Origin: a virus
Direction: 5' to 3' (one strand)
Length of the DNA stretch: 64,000 nucleotides
Virus record (IMG/VR): IMGVR_UViG_3300032003_000001
Span: 1 to 64,000 of that record
Part shown: piece by piece, positions 34,633 to 44,427 of the stretch
Numbering within the stretch: position 1 is the stretch's first letter
Layout of the letters: every line of letters begins with the position of its first letter
Translations under genes and position numbers: made by a program
Notes under the pieces: model-generated
What the model was told of the DNA's origin: nothing
Databases searched by the model: none
Seen by the model: the letters and a program-made list of their open reading frames with translations, nothing else

Positions 34633-35853
34633 TCACCCTGACTTGCGCCGCTGCCGGGCGTTGCGCGCCCGGTCGAACCGGCTGTCGTTCGAGTGGGTGT
34701 AGCGCATCGCCGAACGCACGTCGGCATGCCCCATCAGCGCCATGCGGTCGTGCAGCTCCAACCTGTCGGCCGGGTCCTCCGGCACGTCGTTGGCCAACGT
34801 GGTCCCGTAGGTGTGCCGGGTGTCGTGCGGCGTCGGCAACGGCTCGTCGATCAGCGGCGTCCACAACGGCTGGCCGTCCGCACCCCTGGCCGGCCTGCCC
34901 CGCTCGTCGAGCACCGGCACCCGCAGGGCACGGTTCCACACCCGCCGCAACCACGTCGGGTAGCGCATCGGCCCGCCCTCGCTCGCCGTGAACACCAGCC
35001 CGTCAGGGGCAGTCGCTAGCATGACAGGGCGCAGCCGGCCGAGCAGCTCCGGACTCACCGACGCGTTACGGAACCCGGCGGCCTGGCGGGTCCGGGCACC
35101 CTTCGGGTAGTCCCGGACGGTCCCGTCGCGTTCCATGACCGGGCCCAACCGGATCAGGCTGGCCCGCAAGTCCACCGCCGGGCGGGAGACCCCGGCGATC
35201 TCCTCCCACCGCGCACCCGTCTCGAACAGGGTCTCGACGAACAACCGCGCGTCGCGGCGGCCGGGAAACAGTGTGTCGAGCCGGACGAGGATCGCCTCCT
35301 CCTCGTCGGGGTCGATGATGCGTGCCTCGTGCGCCGGCGGCATCGGCGCCTTCACCCGCCGGGCCGGGTTCGAACGGATCATCCCGGCGTCGACCGCCAG
35401 TTCCATGGCCGCCTTCATCACGTTCAGGGCGGCGATGATGACCCAGCCCCCGCGCCGGCAGCCTTCACACTTCTTGGACCGGCAGTCGTCGGCGTGGGCG
35501 GTCTCCAGGTCGATGACCCATTTCTGCACGTCCGGCTTCAGGATCCGGCCGACCGGGGTGTCGCCCCAGCGGGGCCGGACGTGGCACCGGAAGATCGAGG
35601 CGTCCCGGGCGCGGGCCGCCTTCGAGATCCGGCGCGTCCCGCAGTACTTGTCCCACACCTCGCCGACCGGGGTCTTCGACAGCCGCGGGTCGATCAGTTC
35701 GCCGCGGCGGATGTCCGCCTCCATGTCCACGGCCCACTCGGTCACGACCATCTTGAGCTTGTGGGTCTCGGTGCGGCGGCTGCCCGGGTCCCCGGGGGTC
35801 AGGTAGACGGTTGCGGCCCACAGGCCGGACGGCAGTTGCCGGACCCACGCCAT
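34633..35853 (-). CDS. int: tyrosine integrase
   Basis: 406 aa. C-terminal HDTRHTYGT...LMGHADVRSAMRYTH catalytic pattern. Adjacent to the tRNA-derived att core. Confidence 0.9.
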   Translation of the reverse strand: MAWVRQLPSGLWAATVYLTPGDPGSRRTETHKLKMVVTEWAVDMEADIRRGELIDPRLSKTPVGEVWDKYCGTRRISKAARARDASIFRCHVRPRWGDTPVGRILKPDVQKWVIDLETAHADDCRSKKCEGCRRGGWVIIAALNVMKAAMELAVDAGMIRSNPARRVKAPMPPAHEARIIDPDEEEAILVRLDTLFPGRRDARLFVETLFETGARWEEIAGVSRPAVDLRASLIRLGPVMERDGTVRDYPKGARTRQAAGFRNASVSPELLGRLRPVMLATAPDGLVFTASEGGPMRYPTWLRRVWNRALRVPVLDERGRPARGADGQPLWTPLIDEPLPTPHDTRHTYGTTLANDVPEDPADRLELHDRMALMGHADVRSAMRYTHSNDSRFDRARNARQRRKSG

Positions 35854-36299
35854 CAGGACCCCCGGCGCCCGTTGATCGCGGTGAGCGAGGCACCGCGCTG
35901 ACCGGCTTCAGCGACCATGCCCCCAGTGTGCGCCCTGGCCAGCCCGGTCTCGATGATGCCGGCGACCTCTTCGATGATGTGTCGGGTCTCCCCGGAGACC
36001 CGCTCCGCGGTGGCCTTGGCCAACGGGCGGCGCAACCGCTCGACCAGAGCGTCGGCGAGCCGCTCCGGGAGGTTGTCCGCCCGCTGGGCGATCTCGGTGC
36101 GGACGATGTCGCGCACGAGCACGGCCCCGACGCCGAGGACCACGCACGCGGAGACGGCAGCGACCGCGATCATGGTGACCTGGTCCCCGACCTCCAGTCC
36201 CCGCGGCCCGTCCTCGGCGGACAGGACGAGTGCGGTGACGTAGACGACGGTGACGATGGCGGCCACGCCGGCGGTGGCGCGGGTGACGACGGTGTACAT
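35853..36299 (-). CDS. two-TM membrane protein co-oriented with int
   Basis: 148 aa from ATG 36299, the tail of track ORF 35853..36503. Confidence 0.5.
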   Translation of the reverse strand: MYTVVTRATAGVAAIVTVVYVTALVLSAEDGPRGLEVGDQVTMIAVAAVSACVVLGVGAVLVRDIVRTEIAQRADNLPERLADALVERLRRPLAKATAERVSGETRHIIEEVAGIIETGLARAHTGGMVAEAGQRGASLTAINGRRGS

Positions 36300-36517
36300 C
36301 TCAGGTTCCCCCCTGCTAGTCGCTGGGGCTCCGGCGTCCACTCCGCCACGCGGACGCCGGGCCATCGGCGCAAACCCCGGGGTCTGGGGGGTCCTGCGAA
36401 ATATCAGGCCATCGTGCCGCCACGCTGCGGTGAGGGGCAATGGGCGGTGAGTGAATACGGTTGATCTGGCACAGCAAGCCGTCCACATGACGGGATTACC
36501 CATGACCGATCATCCGA

Positions 36518-37057
36518 TCACCCGGCGCGGCGCCGGGTCGACGGTCGGGCTTCGGCGGCGGCCAGCCCGGCGCGCAGCCCCGCCGACACGTCGGCCACCA
36601 CTCGGCGAACGTAGGAACGTTGCTCGTCCGACAGGCGTGGATCCTCGTACAGCTCGATGAGCGTGCGGATCTCGCCGGGCACGACCCGTAGATCCAACTC
36701 GCCCGTCAGGTCCAGTTCACCCGTCGTGTCGAGGGCGGCGGCGATGAACAGCTTCACCGGGCTGACCTGGAGCGCTGGTGCGATCCGTTTGAGACTGTCG
36801 CGACTCGGTTGCGCCTTGCCCTGACGCCAGTTGCTGAACTGGGTCTGACTAACGCCGCTGATCCTGCTCAACTCGGCGAAGTCGGGAATGCCGGCCTCGG
36901 TCATCAGTGCGCGCAGGTAGGTCGCGAACTCAGCGTATGGCCAGCTCGGGGGCACGCCTAAGACCGTAGTTGTCCGGGCTGGTCCGGTCACTCCGGCGAG
37001 AGTAAGTGCTCTTGCTGGTGGGGGTAGATCCTCAATCGTCGAGAGTTGATCTCTCAC
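36518..37057 (-). CDS. CI-like XRE-family repressor
   Basis: 179 aa from GTG 37057 after GGGGAGG. FAELSRISGVSQTQFSNWRQGKAQPSRDSLKRIAPAL. Divergent from a Cro-like gene. Confidence 0.7.
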   Translation of the reverse strand: MRDQLSTIEDLPPPARALTLAGVTGPARTTTVLGVPPSWPYAEFATYLRALMTEAGIPDFAELSRISGVSQTQFSNWRQGKAQPSRDSLKRIAPALQVSPVKLFIAAALDTTGELDLTGELDLRVVPGEIRTLIELYEDPRLSDEQRSYVRRVVADVSAGLRAGLAAAEARPSTRRRAG

Positions 37058-37157
37058 GGTGCCTCCCCGCTTTCCTGGGCCTAAGAGTACGTCTTTCGCT
37101 GATCTTCGCAAGGGTCAGCCGAAAGTTGGACTTGCTCGCGCCTGAGTAAGTGCTACG

Positions 37158-37418
37158 GTGGCTTTCGTGAGCCAAAGCGAGACAGGAAAGCGCATCTGGT
37201 GGCCCGGCTTCGACCGGCTCACCGCACTGCGTGGGTGGAAGACCGACGCGGAACGGGCCCGGCAACTCGGCATCAGCCACGCCACCCTTACGAATCTCCG
37301 CGCCGGCAAGGTCCTCGCAGGCGCCAAGGTCGTCGACCGGGTCCTCAAGGAGTTCGGCGGCGAGTACTACGACCTGCTGTTCGACGACGCGGGCACCGAC
37401 GAGCCGGCGGCGGCGTGA
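37158..37418 (+). CDS. Cro-like HTH protein
   Basis: 86 aa. DAERARQLGISHATLTNLRAGK. Confidence 0.55.
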   Translation: MAFVSQSETGKRIWWPGFDRLTALRGWKTDAERARQLGISHATLTNLRAGKVLAGAKVVDRVLKEFGGEYYDLLFDDAGTDEPAAA

Positions 37419-37419
37419 A

Positions 37420-37638
37420 GTGGCCGAGAAGAAGAGCGAGAAGAAGAAGGAGATGACCGTCGCGGCGTTCGCCGAACGCCTCGACACCCCCTTGTCGACG
37501 GCCTACCGGATCGTCGCGAGCGGTGCGATCCGCAGCATCAACATCAGCACCGGGAAGAAGAAGCGCCGGTACCGGATCTCCGAGGACGCGTACCAGGAGT
37601 ACCTGAAGGCTCGCGAGACCTCTCGGAGGTCAGCATGA
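37420..37638 (+). CDS. excisionase-family HTH protein
   Basis: MTVAAFAERLDTPLSTAYRIVASGAIRSINISTGKKKRRYRISEDAYQEYL. GTG 37420 or ATG 37453 as start. Confidence 0.55.
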   Translation: MAEKKSEKKKEMTVAAFAERLDTPLSTAYRIVASGAIRSINISTGKKKRRYRISEDAYQEYLKARETSRRSA

Positions 37639-37829
37639 CCACTACTCCTACAGCAGACGTCTCCTGGTCCTACCGGGAGACCGAAGAGCGTAAGCGGGAG
37701 GCGGCGGAACGGCTCGCGGAGCGCGCCGAGCTGGCGACGTGGGAGCAGCTCGACGCCTCGTACGACGCCCGTGAGGCCGGCCGGTTCGAGCGGCACCTGG
37801 ATGCGATGTTCTCCGGCGGTGCGCGATGA
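37635..37829 (+). CDS. hypothetical protein
   Basis: 64-aa track ORF. ATGA overlap. Confidence 0.45.
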   Translation: MTTTPTADVSWSYRETEERKREAAERLAERAELATWEQLDASYDAREAGRFERHLDAMFSGGAR

Positions 37830-38257
37830 GCCGCCTCTACCTCGACGACTGGGGCGACGAAGTCCTGGCCCTGCCCCGCAAGTACGCACCAGCCAGCGCC
37901 GCACTCGGCCGTGCCCACAAACCCGGCGACGGGTCGGCAAGTTGGGTGACCACGGTCGGCGCGGTAACCGTCGGGCACCGAACCAAAGCGGCAGCGACGA
38001 AGGACCTACGGGAGCGTGCAGCAGCGGTGAACCTGCTCGCGCCGACGGCCGCCGAGATCGCCTCCGCTCGCCGGGCGCTGGACGAGGCAGCTACGGACGA
38101 CCACACCGCCTACGTCCACGCGCTCGGCTGGATCGAGGGGTCCCTCAATCATGCGGCCGAAGCTGAGGCGGAAGGCGACGACCTCACTCGTGATCGGTCC
38201 ATCCGTTCTGCCCGCGCCATGGTTGTGGCTCTGGGTGAGTGGCGGGGTGCGCAGTGA
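37826..38257 (+). CDS. hypothetical protein
   Basis: 143-aa track ORF. ATGA overlap. Confidence 0.5.
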   Translation: MSRLYLDDWGDEVLALPRKYAPASAALGRAHKPGDGSASWVTTVGAVTVGHRTKAAATKDLRERAAAVNLLAPTAAEIASARRALDEAATDDHTAYVHALGWIEGSLNHAAEAEAEGDDLTRDRSIRSARAMVVALGEWRGAQ

Positions 38258-39123
38258 GCGCGGACCTGACCCTGTTCGGCTCGACCGGCGACAGCAGCCC
38301 GTTCGACTCGATCCGCCGCACGACGGAGCGGGGTGTGGAGTACTGGTCAGCCCGCGAGCTCCAGCCGCATCTCGGCTATGAGCAGTGGCGACGGTTCGAA
38401 GAGGCCATCGATCGAGCGATCGCAGCGTGCCGCAACGCGGGCACCGATCCAGAGCAGGCTTTTCGCCGGAGGCGGCAAGAAGGTACTGGCGGTGCACCCC
38501 GCGTTGACTACTGGCTGACCCGGTACGCGGCCTACCTCGTGACCATGAACGGGGATCCCAGGAAACCGGAGATCGCTGAGGCGCAGACCTACTTCGCAGT
38601 CCGGACGCGAGAAGCCGAAATCGGCCGGGCCTTGCCAGCGGTCCGGCAGGCAATGCCCACGCACCCGCAGGCACTGCGCGGTTGGGCTGAAGCGCTTGAG
38701 CGCGCCGAACTGGCCGAGACGAAGGTGGCCGAGCTGGAGCCGAAGGCCGCCCAAGCCGATCACTTCCGTGAGGCGGACGGGCTGTTCGCAATCGCCCAGT
38801 TCGCGAACGACCTCGCACTGCACGCCCGCGAGAAGTACGACGTGAAGCTGCTCCACGAGGGCATTCGCGATTTCCTCGGCGAGATCGGCATGGTGATCCG
38901 CTCGAAGTCAATCAGGCGGAACGAGCCGACGGCCGCCGCCCTGAAGAGCGGCTGGATGCGGGCGAAACACGACACGATCGAGCGCTCCACCGGCCCGCAG
39001 GCGAAGGTCTCGGCCCGGCTAACCCCGAAGGGCTGGAGCCACGCCTGGGACAAGGCCCTCGCGAGACTCGCCGCCCACGGCTCACTCGACAAGCCCAAAA
39101 GCGTGGAAAGGCAATCGGCATGA
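38254..39123 (+). CDS. antirepressor-like protein (DinD-like N-terminus, KilAC-like C-terminus)
   Basis: GTGA overlap. [19 protein letters not shown]...[35 protein letters not shown] parallels E. coli DinD. Confidence 0.6.
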   Translation: MSADLTLFGSTGDSSPFDSIRRTTERGVEYWSARELQPHLGYEQWRRFEEAIDRAIAACRNAGTDPEQAFRRRRQEGTGGAPRVDYWLTRYAAYLVTMNGDPRKPEIAEAQTYFAVRTREAEIGRALPAVRQAMPTHPQALRGWAEALERAELAETKVAELEPKAAQADHFREADGLFAIAQFANDLALHAREKYDVKLLHEGIRDFLGEIGMVIRSKSIRRNEPTAAALKSGWMRAKHDTIERSTGPQAKVSARLTPKGWSHAWDKALARLAAHGSLDKPKSVERQSA

Positions 39124-39189
39124 GCAACGTCATCCCGCTAAGGGTTTCCGAAGCGACCGGCCCGCGCGAATTCCGCGACTCCGAAACGG

Positions 39190-39507
39190 GTGCGCACGTC
39201 GAGTTCTCGACGCCGTTGCACGGTGTGCCGAGGCGACATCGCCGCCGGCCAGTCCATCACCTTCTTCCGCGGCTGGGCGCATGCAAAGTGCGTCACCGAT
39301 GCGCTGCTGAACAGCGAGGCCGGCAACGCCTGGCTGGTCCTCGGCGCGCAGCTGGCCCGCCGCCCTTCCTACTTCTCGGCGACCGAGACCCGGGCCATCG
39401 TTGAGAAGCTGCTCCGGCTCGCCGGTGACCTGCCCGTAGAGGCGTGGATCCCGGGCGAGACGCCGCACGAGGAGATCGCGCGTCGCGCCCACCAGTCCTG
39501 GGCCTGA
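39190..39507 (+). CDS. CxxC...HxxC protein with an uncertain 5' end
   Basis: Track ORF. High GC3 from about 39215. The upstream frame-0 ATG 39120 (ATGA overlap) suggests a frame discontinuity. Confidence 0.4.
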   Translation: MRTSSSRRRCTVCRGDIAAGQSITFFRGWAHAKCVTDALLNSEAGNAWLVLGAQLARRPSYFSATETRAIVEKLLRLAGDLPVEAWIPGETPHEEIARRAHQSWA

Positions 39508-39552
39508 CCCCACTCCGAACACGAACCCCATCCATCAAGGGAGACGCGCGTC

Positions 39553-40071
39553 ATGGGCGAGGACTTCAGCATCCGGCGGGAGATCCGCGACATCATCGAC
39601 ACCACCGACCTGACCAGTCCGCACGACATCGCGGCGAAGGTCGCGGAGAACGTGCCGGCGAAGCTGCTGCGTGTCGCGTTGACGCAGTCGCTTTCGGAGC
39701 TGGTCCGGGTCGAGCTGGGCATCCTCCGTGCCCGGATGTACAACCAGCCCGCCGAGGTGGCCGACCAGGGGCCGAGGTCGAGCCGGTCGGCGAAGGTGAT
39801 CGCGATCCGGCAGGCGTCCGCCGGCTGGCGTGAGGCGCTGCGGGAGCGGGTCCACGTCGGTAACGGCAACTGGCTCCTGCTGTCGGAGTGCTCCGCGGAG
39901 CACCTGCGGTTCGCGGCCGAGGAGCGCAGGATCATCGCCGCCCGCACGCTGGCCTCCGCCGACCGGTACGAGCAGCTCGGCGCGGCGTGCGAGAAGTACA
40001 AGGTCGGCTGCGTTGCCGACCTGCCCGAGGCCGCCCTCGCAGCGCTGCTCGGTGCTGAGGACGCGGCATGA
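39553..40071 (+). CDS. hypothetical protein
   Basis: 172-aa track ORF. Confidence 0.5.
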   Translation: MGEDFSIRREIRDIIDTTDLTSPHDIAAKVAENVPAKLLRVALTQSLSELVRVELGILRARMYNQPAEVADQGPRSSRSAKVIAIRQASAGWREALRERVHVGNGNWLLLSECSAEHLRFAAEERRIIAARTLASADRYEQLGAACEKYKVGCVADLPEAALAALLGAEDAA

Positions 40072-41459
40072 CCATCACAGACTCCCGCCCGACCGGAAGC
40101 GACGCGACACCCAACACCCTCCCGTCGGGCGGGGAACGACTTGCTGGCGGCCAGGTGATTCCCGATACCCAGATTCCGCGCGCCGCCGGCACCGAACTCA
40201 CGACCGGCGACACCCAGCCTCGCCTCGCGGTCGGTGCAAGCTCCCGCTCAGCCAAAGTTGACGCGGCGCCCATCCTTCGTGCGCTGAGCGGGGAACAACC
40301 TGTTGATCGCCAACGTAACGGCGGAGCCCCAAGTACGACCGCGATCAGCAATCAACCAGCCGGCGGCCGTATCAGTCGCGATATCCAAGCGGACCCCGCC
40401 GCCGGCTCAAGCTCCCGCTCGGCCCGGAGGGTTGCGACGCCCATTGATCCCCCGCCGGGCGGGGAACAACCCACCGACTGCCATGTCCACGGCGCCGCCC
40501 ATGTCCACGACGCGGTCGGTGTCGAGGCTGGGCGGGATCCAGCAGCCACAGGCGTTCCGGAGCCCAATGCCGTAACGCTGCTGGACCCCGCCCTCGCCCT
40601 CGCCGCCGATGTCCTGGACGACATCGAACGGGTCCGGATCGCCAACGCCAACCGGCTGTTGATCCTGACCCGCTCAGTGGAGGACTCCGACGGAGAGGTG
40701 CGCGGGTTCGGGTTGGACGAGTCCCACCCGGACGTCGCCCGCCTGGCGGCGATGGTGGAACTGCTGGCCAAGGCGGAGCACGACGCGGAGCTGAACCTGG
40801 GGCGGATGATGCGCCGGCACCCGCTGCACACCTGGATCAAGGCTCAGCGGGGGATCGGCGACAAGCAGGGCGCCCGGCTGCTCGCCGCCATCGGCGACCC
40901 GTACATCAACAGCTCGACCGGTATGCCCCGCACCGTTTCGGCGCTCTGGGCGTACTGCGGGCTCCACGTTCTCCCGGCCGGCCAAGCCGCTTGCGACACC
41001 CATATTGTGACTGCCGGCCGGAGCCAGCTTCCCGTCGACCGAGAAGGTTGCGACACCCGGAACTCCTACGTCGGCGGGGTGGGGGGTGACCCCGGCCAAC
41101 CCCCCGATGACACCCACCGACCGGTCGCCGGGGTCGCCCCCAAACGAGCCCGCGGACAGCGGGCGAACTGGTCCACAAGGGCCAAGACCAAAGCCTATTT
41201 GGTCGCAACTAGCTGCATGAAGCAGCTTGTCGCGCCCTGCGCCCGCGACGGGGACGGCCCCGCCGCTCATGTCGATGCCTGCTCCTGCTCCGCGTACCGG
41301 GTGGTCTACGACGCGCGCCGCGCTCACACGAAGGTCACCCACCCGGACTGGTCGGACGGCCACAGCCACAACGACGCGCTACGGATCGCGGCGAAGGCGG
41401 TCCTGCGGGACCTGTGGCGGGCCGCCCGCGAGTTCCACAACGGCCCGGACGAGGGCTGA
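40068..41459 (+). CDS. orphan IS110-family transposase C-terminal (Transposase_20-like) domain protein with repeat-rich N-terminus and insertion
   Basis: 463 aa. IKAQRGIGDKQGARLLAAIGDP...LWAYCGLHV...PKRARGQRANWSTRAKTKAYL. No DEDD N-terminal domain is recognisable. Confidence 0.55.
   Translation: MTITDSRPTGSDATPNTLPSGGERLAGGQVIPDTQIPRAAGTELTTGDTQPRLAVGASSRSAKVDAAPILRALSGEQPVDRQRNGGAPSTTAISNQPAGGRISRDIQADPAAGSSSRSARRVATPIDPPPGGEQPTDCHVHGAAHVHDAVGVEAGRDPAATGVPEPNAVTLLDPALALAADVLDDIERVRIANANRLLILTRSVEDSDGEVRGFGLDESHPDVARLAAMVELLAKAEHDAELNLGRMMRRHPLHTWIKAQRGIGDKQGARLLAAIGDPYINSSTGMPRTVSALWAYCGLHVLPAGQAACDTHIVTAGRSQLPVDREGCDTRNSYVGGVGGDPGQPPDDTHRPVAGVAPKRARGQRANWSTRAKTKAYLVATSCMKQLVAPCARDGDGPAAHVDACSCSAYRVVYDARRAHTKVTHPDWSDGHSHNDALRIAAKAVLRDLWRAAREFHNGPDEG
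40104..41116 (+). repeat. dispersed GCGAC(A/G)CCC(A/G) repeats and about 70-nt imperfect direct repeats inside the CDS
   Basis: 10-mers at 40104, 40207, 40434, 40993 and 41050 (plus ATGACACCCA at 41107). GGCGGGGAAC(A/G)AC at 40128, 40287 (as AGCGGGGAACAAC) and 40458. CAAGCTCCCGCTC at 40237 and 40408. Confidence 0.75.
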
Positions 41460-41586
41460 CCCATGTTCTCCCGACCGGTCAGCGAACCGATCCCTTTCCT
41501 CCGTGCCTCCAAAAGGGACTGGTTCTCCGTGATCGCTTCCGGCGCGCTTCCGGCCGAGCGTGTGCCGACCGGTCGGGGTCCTACGT

Positions 41587-41672
41587 CCCGCCCACCCGCA
41601 GACCCCGGCTTTAGCGGACGGACGGGGGAGCGGACCGGTGTTTTGCCGCACCGGGATCCCCGGGTGGGCGGG
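41587..41672 (+). ncRNA. candidate structured RNA: 12-bp closing stem enclosing two hairpins
   Basis: CCCGCCCACCCG (41587-98) pairs with CGGGTGGGCGGG (41661-72). Inner stems are CCCCG/CGGGG and CCGGTG/CACCGG. Lies in a 245-nt non-coding gap. Confidence 0.3.
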
Positions 41673-41704
41673 CCACAAACCAACTACGGCACCAAGGAGA
41701 TGAC

Positions 41705-41896
41705 GTGAGCAAGTTCGAGGTTGGCGACAAGGTCCGGATGGTCGACATCATCCCGACCCCGGTCGTCGAGGTTCTGGAACTCGGCACCTGTGACGACGAG
41801 GACTGCTGCTTCGGCGGCGAGACCTTCCGGTTCGCCGACCCGGGCGGCCAGGGCGACGACTGGATGCATTCCGAGGAGTTCGAACTCGCCGAGTAG
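41705..41896 (+). CDS. hypothetical acidic small protein
   Basis: 63-aa track ORF. GTG start after AAGGAGA. Confidence 0.5.
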   Translation: MSKFEVGDKVRMVDIIPTPVVEVLELGTCDDEDCCFGGETFRFADPGGQGDDWMHSEEFELAE

Positions 41897-42039
41897 ACGC
41901 CGGTCCGGCGGTGTGCCTTACGCCTCGCCGCCGCCGGACCGGACACCCCCAAACCGCACCGAGAAATGCGAAGCGCCCATCATCCCCGACCGGCTCAGGC
42001 AGTGATGTGGGCGCCCCGACTAAGGACAAGGAGATCACA

Positions 42040-42888
<849 letters not shown>

Positions 42889-42972
42889 TCAAGCCCGGCA
42901 CCACACAACGAAGCGGTCCCGCTTACCCGTGTCCAACAGCGGCGGGACCGCCCCGAGAAAGGGGATTATCCC

Positions 42973-43209
42973 ATGGCCACAGGGCCAGAGCATTACCGCG
43001 AGGCTGAGCGGCTGCTCGCCTTGCTACCGGACATGGACCTCGGCAGCCGCGCTGAAGCCGGCACCATTGCCGAAGCGCAGGTCCACGCCACCCTCGCCCT
43101 CGCTGCGGGCTTTGCCGGCGTAACGCTGGCGGATGACGACAGCCCGACGGCACGGGCTCTGATCGAGTCGTGGCAGTCAGTGATCTCCGGGGAGGTGTCT
43201 TCCCAGTGA
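42973..43209 (+). CDS. hypothetical protein
   Basis: 78-aa track ORF. Confidence 0.45.
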   Translation: MATGPEHYREAERLLALLPDMDLGSRAEAGTIAEAQVHATLALAAGFAGVTLADDDSPTARALIESWQSVISGEVSSQ

Positions 43210-43580
43210 GCACCGAGAAGACCACCACTGTCATCAGCCGCGCCGAGCTGCTCGCCACCGCCTTGGCCGGCCTGCCCGCGGCCGCCATCACCATCAAGGC
43301 CCGGGTAGCCGACGAGGCCGAGGCCCTGTCCTGGGTGGAGGCGCTCGGGCTCACCGACGTCGCCCTCCGCGGACAGCCGCACCCGCTGCAGGCGTCCGTC
43401 CCGGACTTCTGGATCGCCACCATCGATGCGCGGTCGCCCGGCGCCCGGGTCGAGATTGTCTGGGACGAACCGCACACCCCCGCGCGTGAGGCCGAGTGGA
43501 TCGCGGCGGACGGTCCGAGGCATCACCCGCGCGTTCCCGGGCCGGCCGACGAGCCCGCAGGCGGTGGGTCCGATGTCTGA
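43206..43580 (+). CDS. hypothetical protein
   Basis: GTGA overlap, in the frame of track ORF 43170..43580. Confidence 0.45.
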   Translation: MSTEKTTTVISRAELLATALAGLPAAAITIKARVADEAEALSWVEALGLTDVALRGQPHPLQASVPDFWIATIDARSPGARVEIVWDEPHTPAREAEWIAADGPRHHPRVPGPADEPAGGGSDV

Positions 43581-43953
43581 GCGTCTGTCCTACGACCGGG
43601 CCCTAGAGCTGCTCCGCGAGGTGGTCGCGGAGTTCGGCGAGGACTACAAATACCCGCACTACCCGGCGGAAAGGCTGCCCGACGGGCGAAAGCTGCGGTG
43701 CTTCTACGTCCGCGACGACCAGCCGTCGTGCATCGTCGCGCACGTCCTGCACCGCGCCGGAATACCAGTGCAGGACCTGGTGAAGGTCGAGGGCCTCGGG
43801 CCGGCGGACACAGAGGGAACGACGCTGTTCGGCCAGTGGGCCGACCTCTTGGCGCGGCAGCTGCTCCGCGAGGTCCAGGTCCAGCAGGACGAGGGCGAGA
43901 CGTGGGGCAACGCCCTGCAGATAGTGCTGGACGCCGGCGGCCCCGATGAGTGA
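43573..43953 (+). CDS. hypothetical protein
   Basis: ATG 43573 in the frame of track ORF 43426..43953. 8-nt overlap. Confidence 0.45.
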   Translation: MSERLSYDRALELLREVVAEFGEDYKYPHYPAERLPDGRKLRCFYVRDDQPSCIVAHVLHRAGIPVQDLVKVEGLGPADTEGTTLFGQWADLLARQLLREVQVQQDEGETWGNALQIVLDAGGPDE

Positions 43954-44197
43954 CCTGCGCCCCGCCCTCGTGGAACTGCTGGAAGCGATGCGGGTGGGTC
44001 ACGTCTACGGCCGTGAGCAGTCGAAGTTCCGCCGAGGCCCGGCCGGCGACATCAAGGTCACCCCGCAAGTGGACGAGCTGTTCTGGCTGCGGCTGGCCTG
44101 CAAAGCGGTGGTGAGCAGCGCCGGCACCTACCTGGTGATTCCGACGGCGCTCGGGATCACGACGAGTGACGAGTACCGGAACGGAGCGGGCAGATGA
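43946..44197 (+). CDS. hypothetical protein
   Basis: 83-aa track ORF. Confidence 0.45.
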   Translation: MSDLRPALVELLEAMRVGHVYGREQSKFRRGPAGDIKVTPQVDELFWLRLACKAVVSSAGTYLVIPTALGITTSDEYRNGAGR

Positions 44198-44427
44198 CAC
44201 AGCCACCGCACGTCGTGGCGCTACTCGACCAGGCAGCGGCCGCCTTCGGCGCCGAACTGGTCCGTCTCACCGCGGCTGTTGCCGCCGGCATTGCGGAGAG
44301 TGGGCGTGAGCAGACGATCAACGACTTCACCGCCTTGTTCAACCGCAGTAACGACTTCAACCGCGTGATCCTCGCCGCGTTGCTTGCTCAGGCATTGGCC
44401 GATCGAGCGATTGGGGCGGGCAGATGA
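44194..44427 (+). CDS. hypothetical protein
   Basis: 77-aa track ORF. ATGA overlap. Confidence 0.45.
   Translation: MTQPPHVVALLDQAAAAFGAELVRLTAAVAAGIAESGREQTINDFTALFNRSNDFNRVILAALLAQALADRAIGAGR

Noticed and set aside
34372-35853. Prophage end (attL/attR) with host DNA on one side
   Set aside because: Phage-type genes run uninterrupted on both sides and arm-type repeats flank the core on both sides. The order late genes, accessory region, att, int, immunity is the vegetative lambda-like map. A tandem-element junction cannot be fully excluded without the host sequence.
41463-41708. 81-aa ORF in the gap after the Tnp-domain gene
   Set aside because: It has low third-position GC and a Pro/Arg/Gly-rich composition, and it is occupied by stable hairpins. 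I treat it as non-coding.
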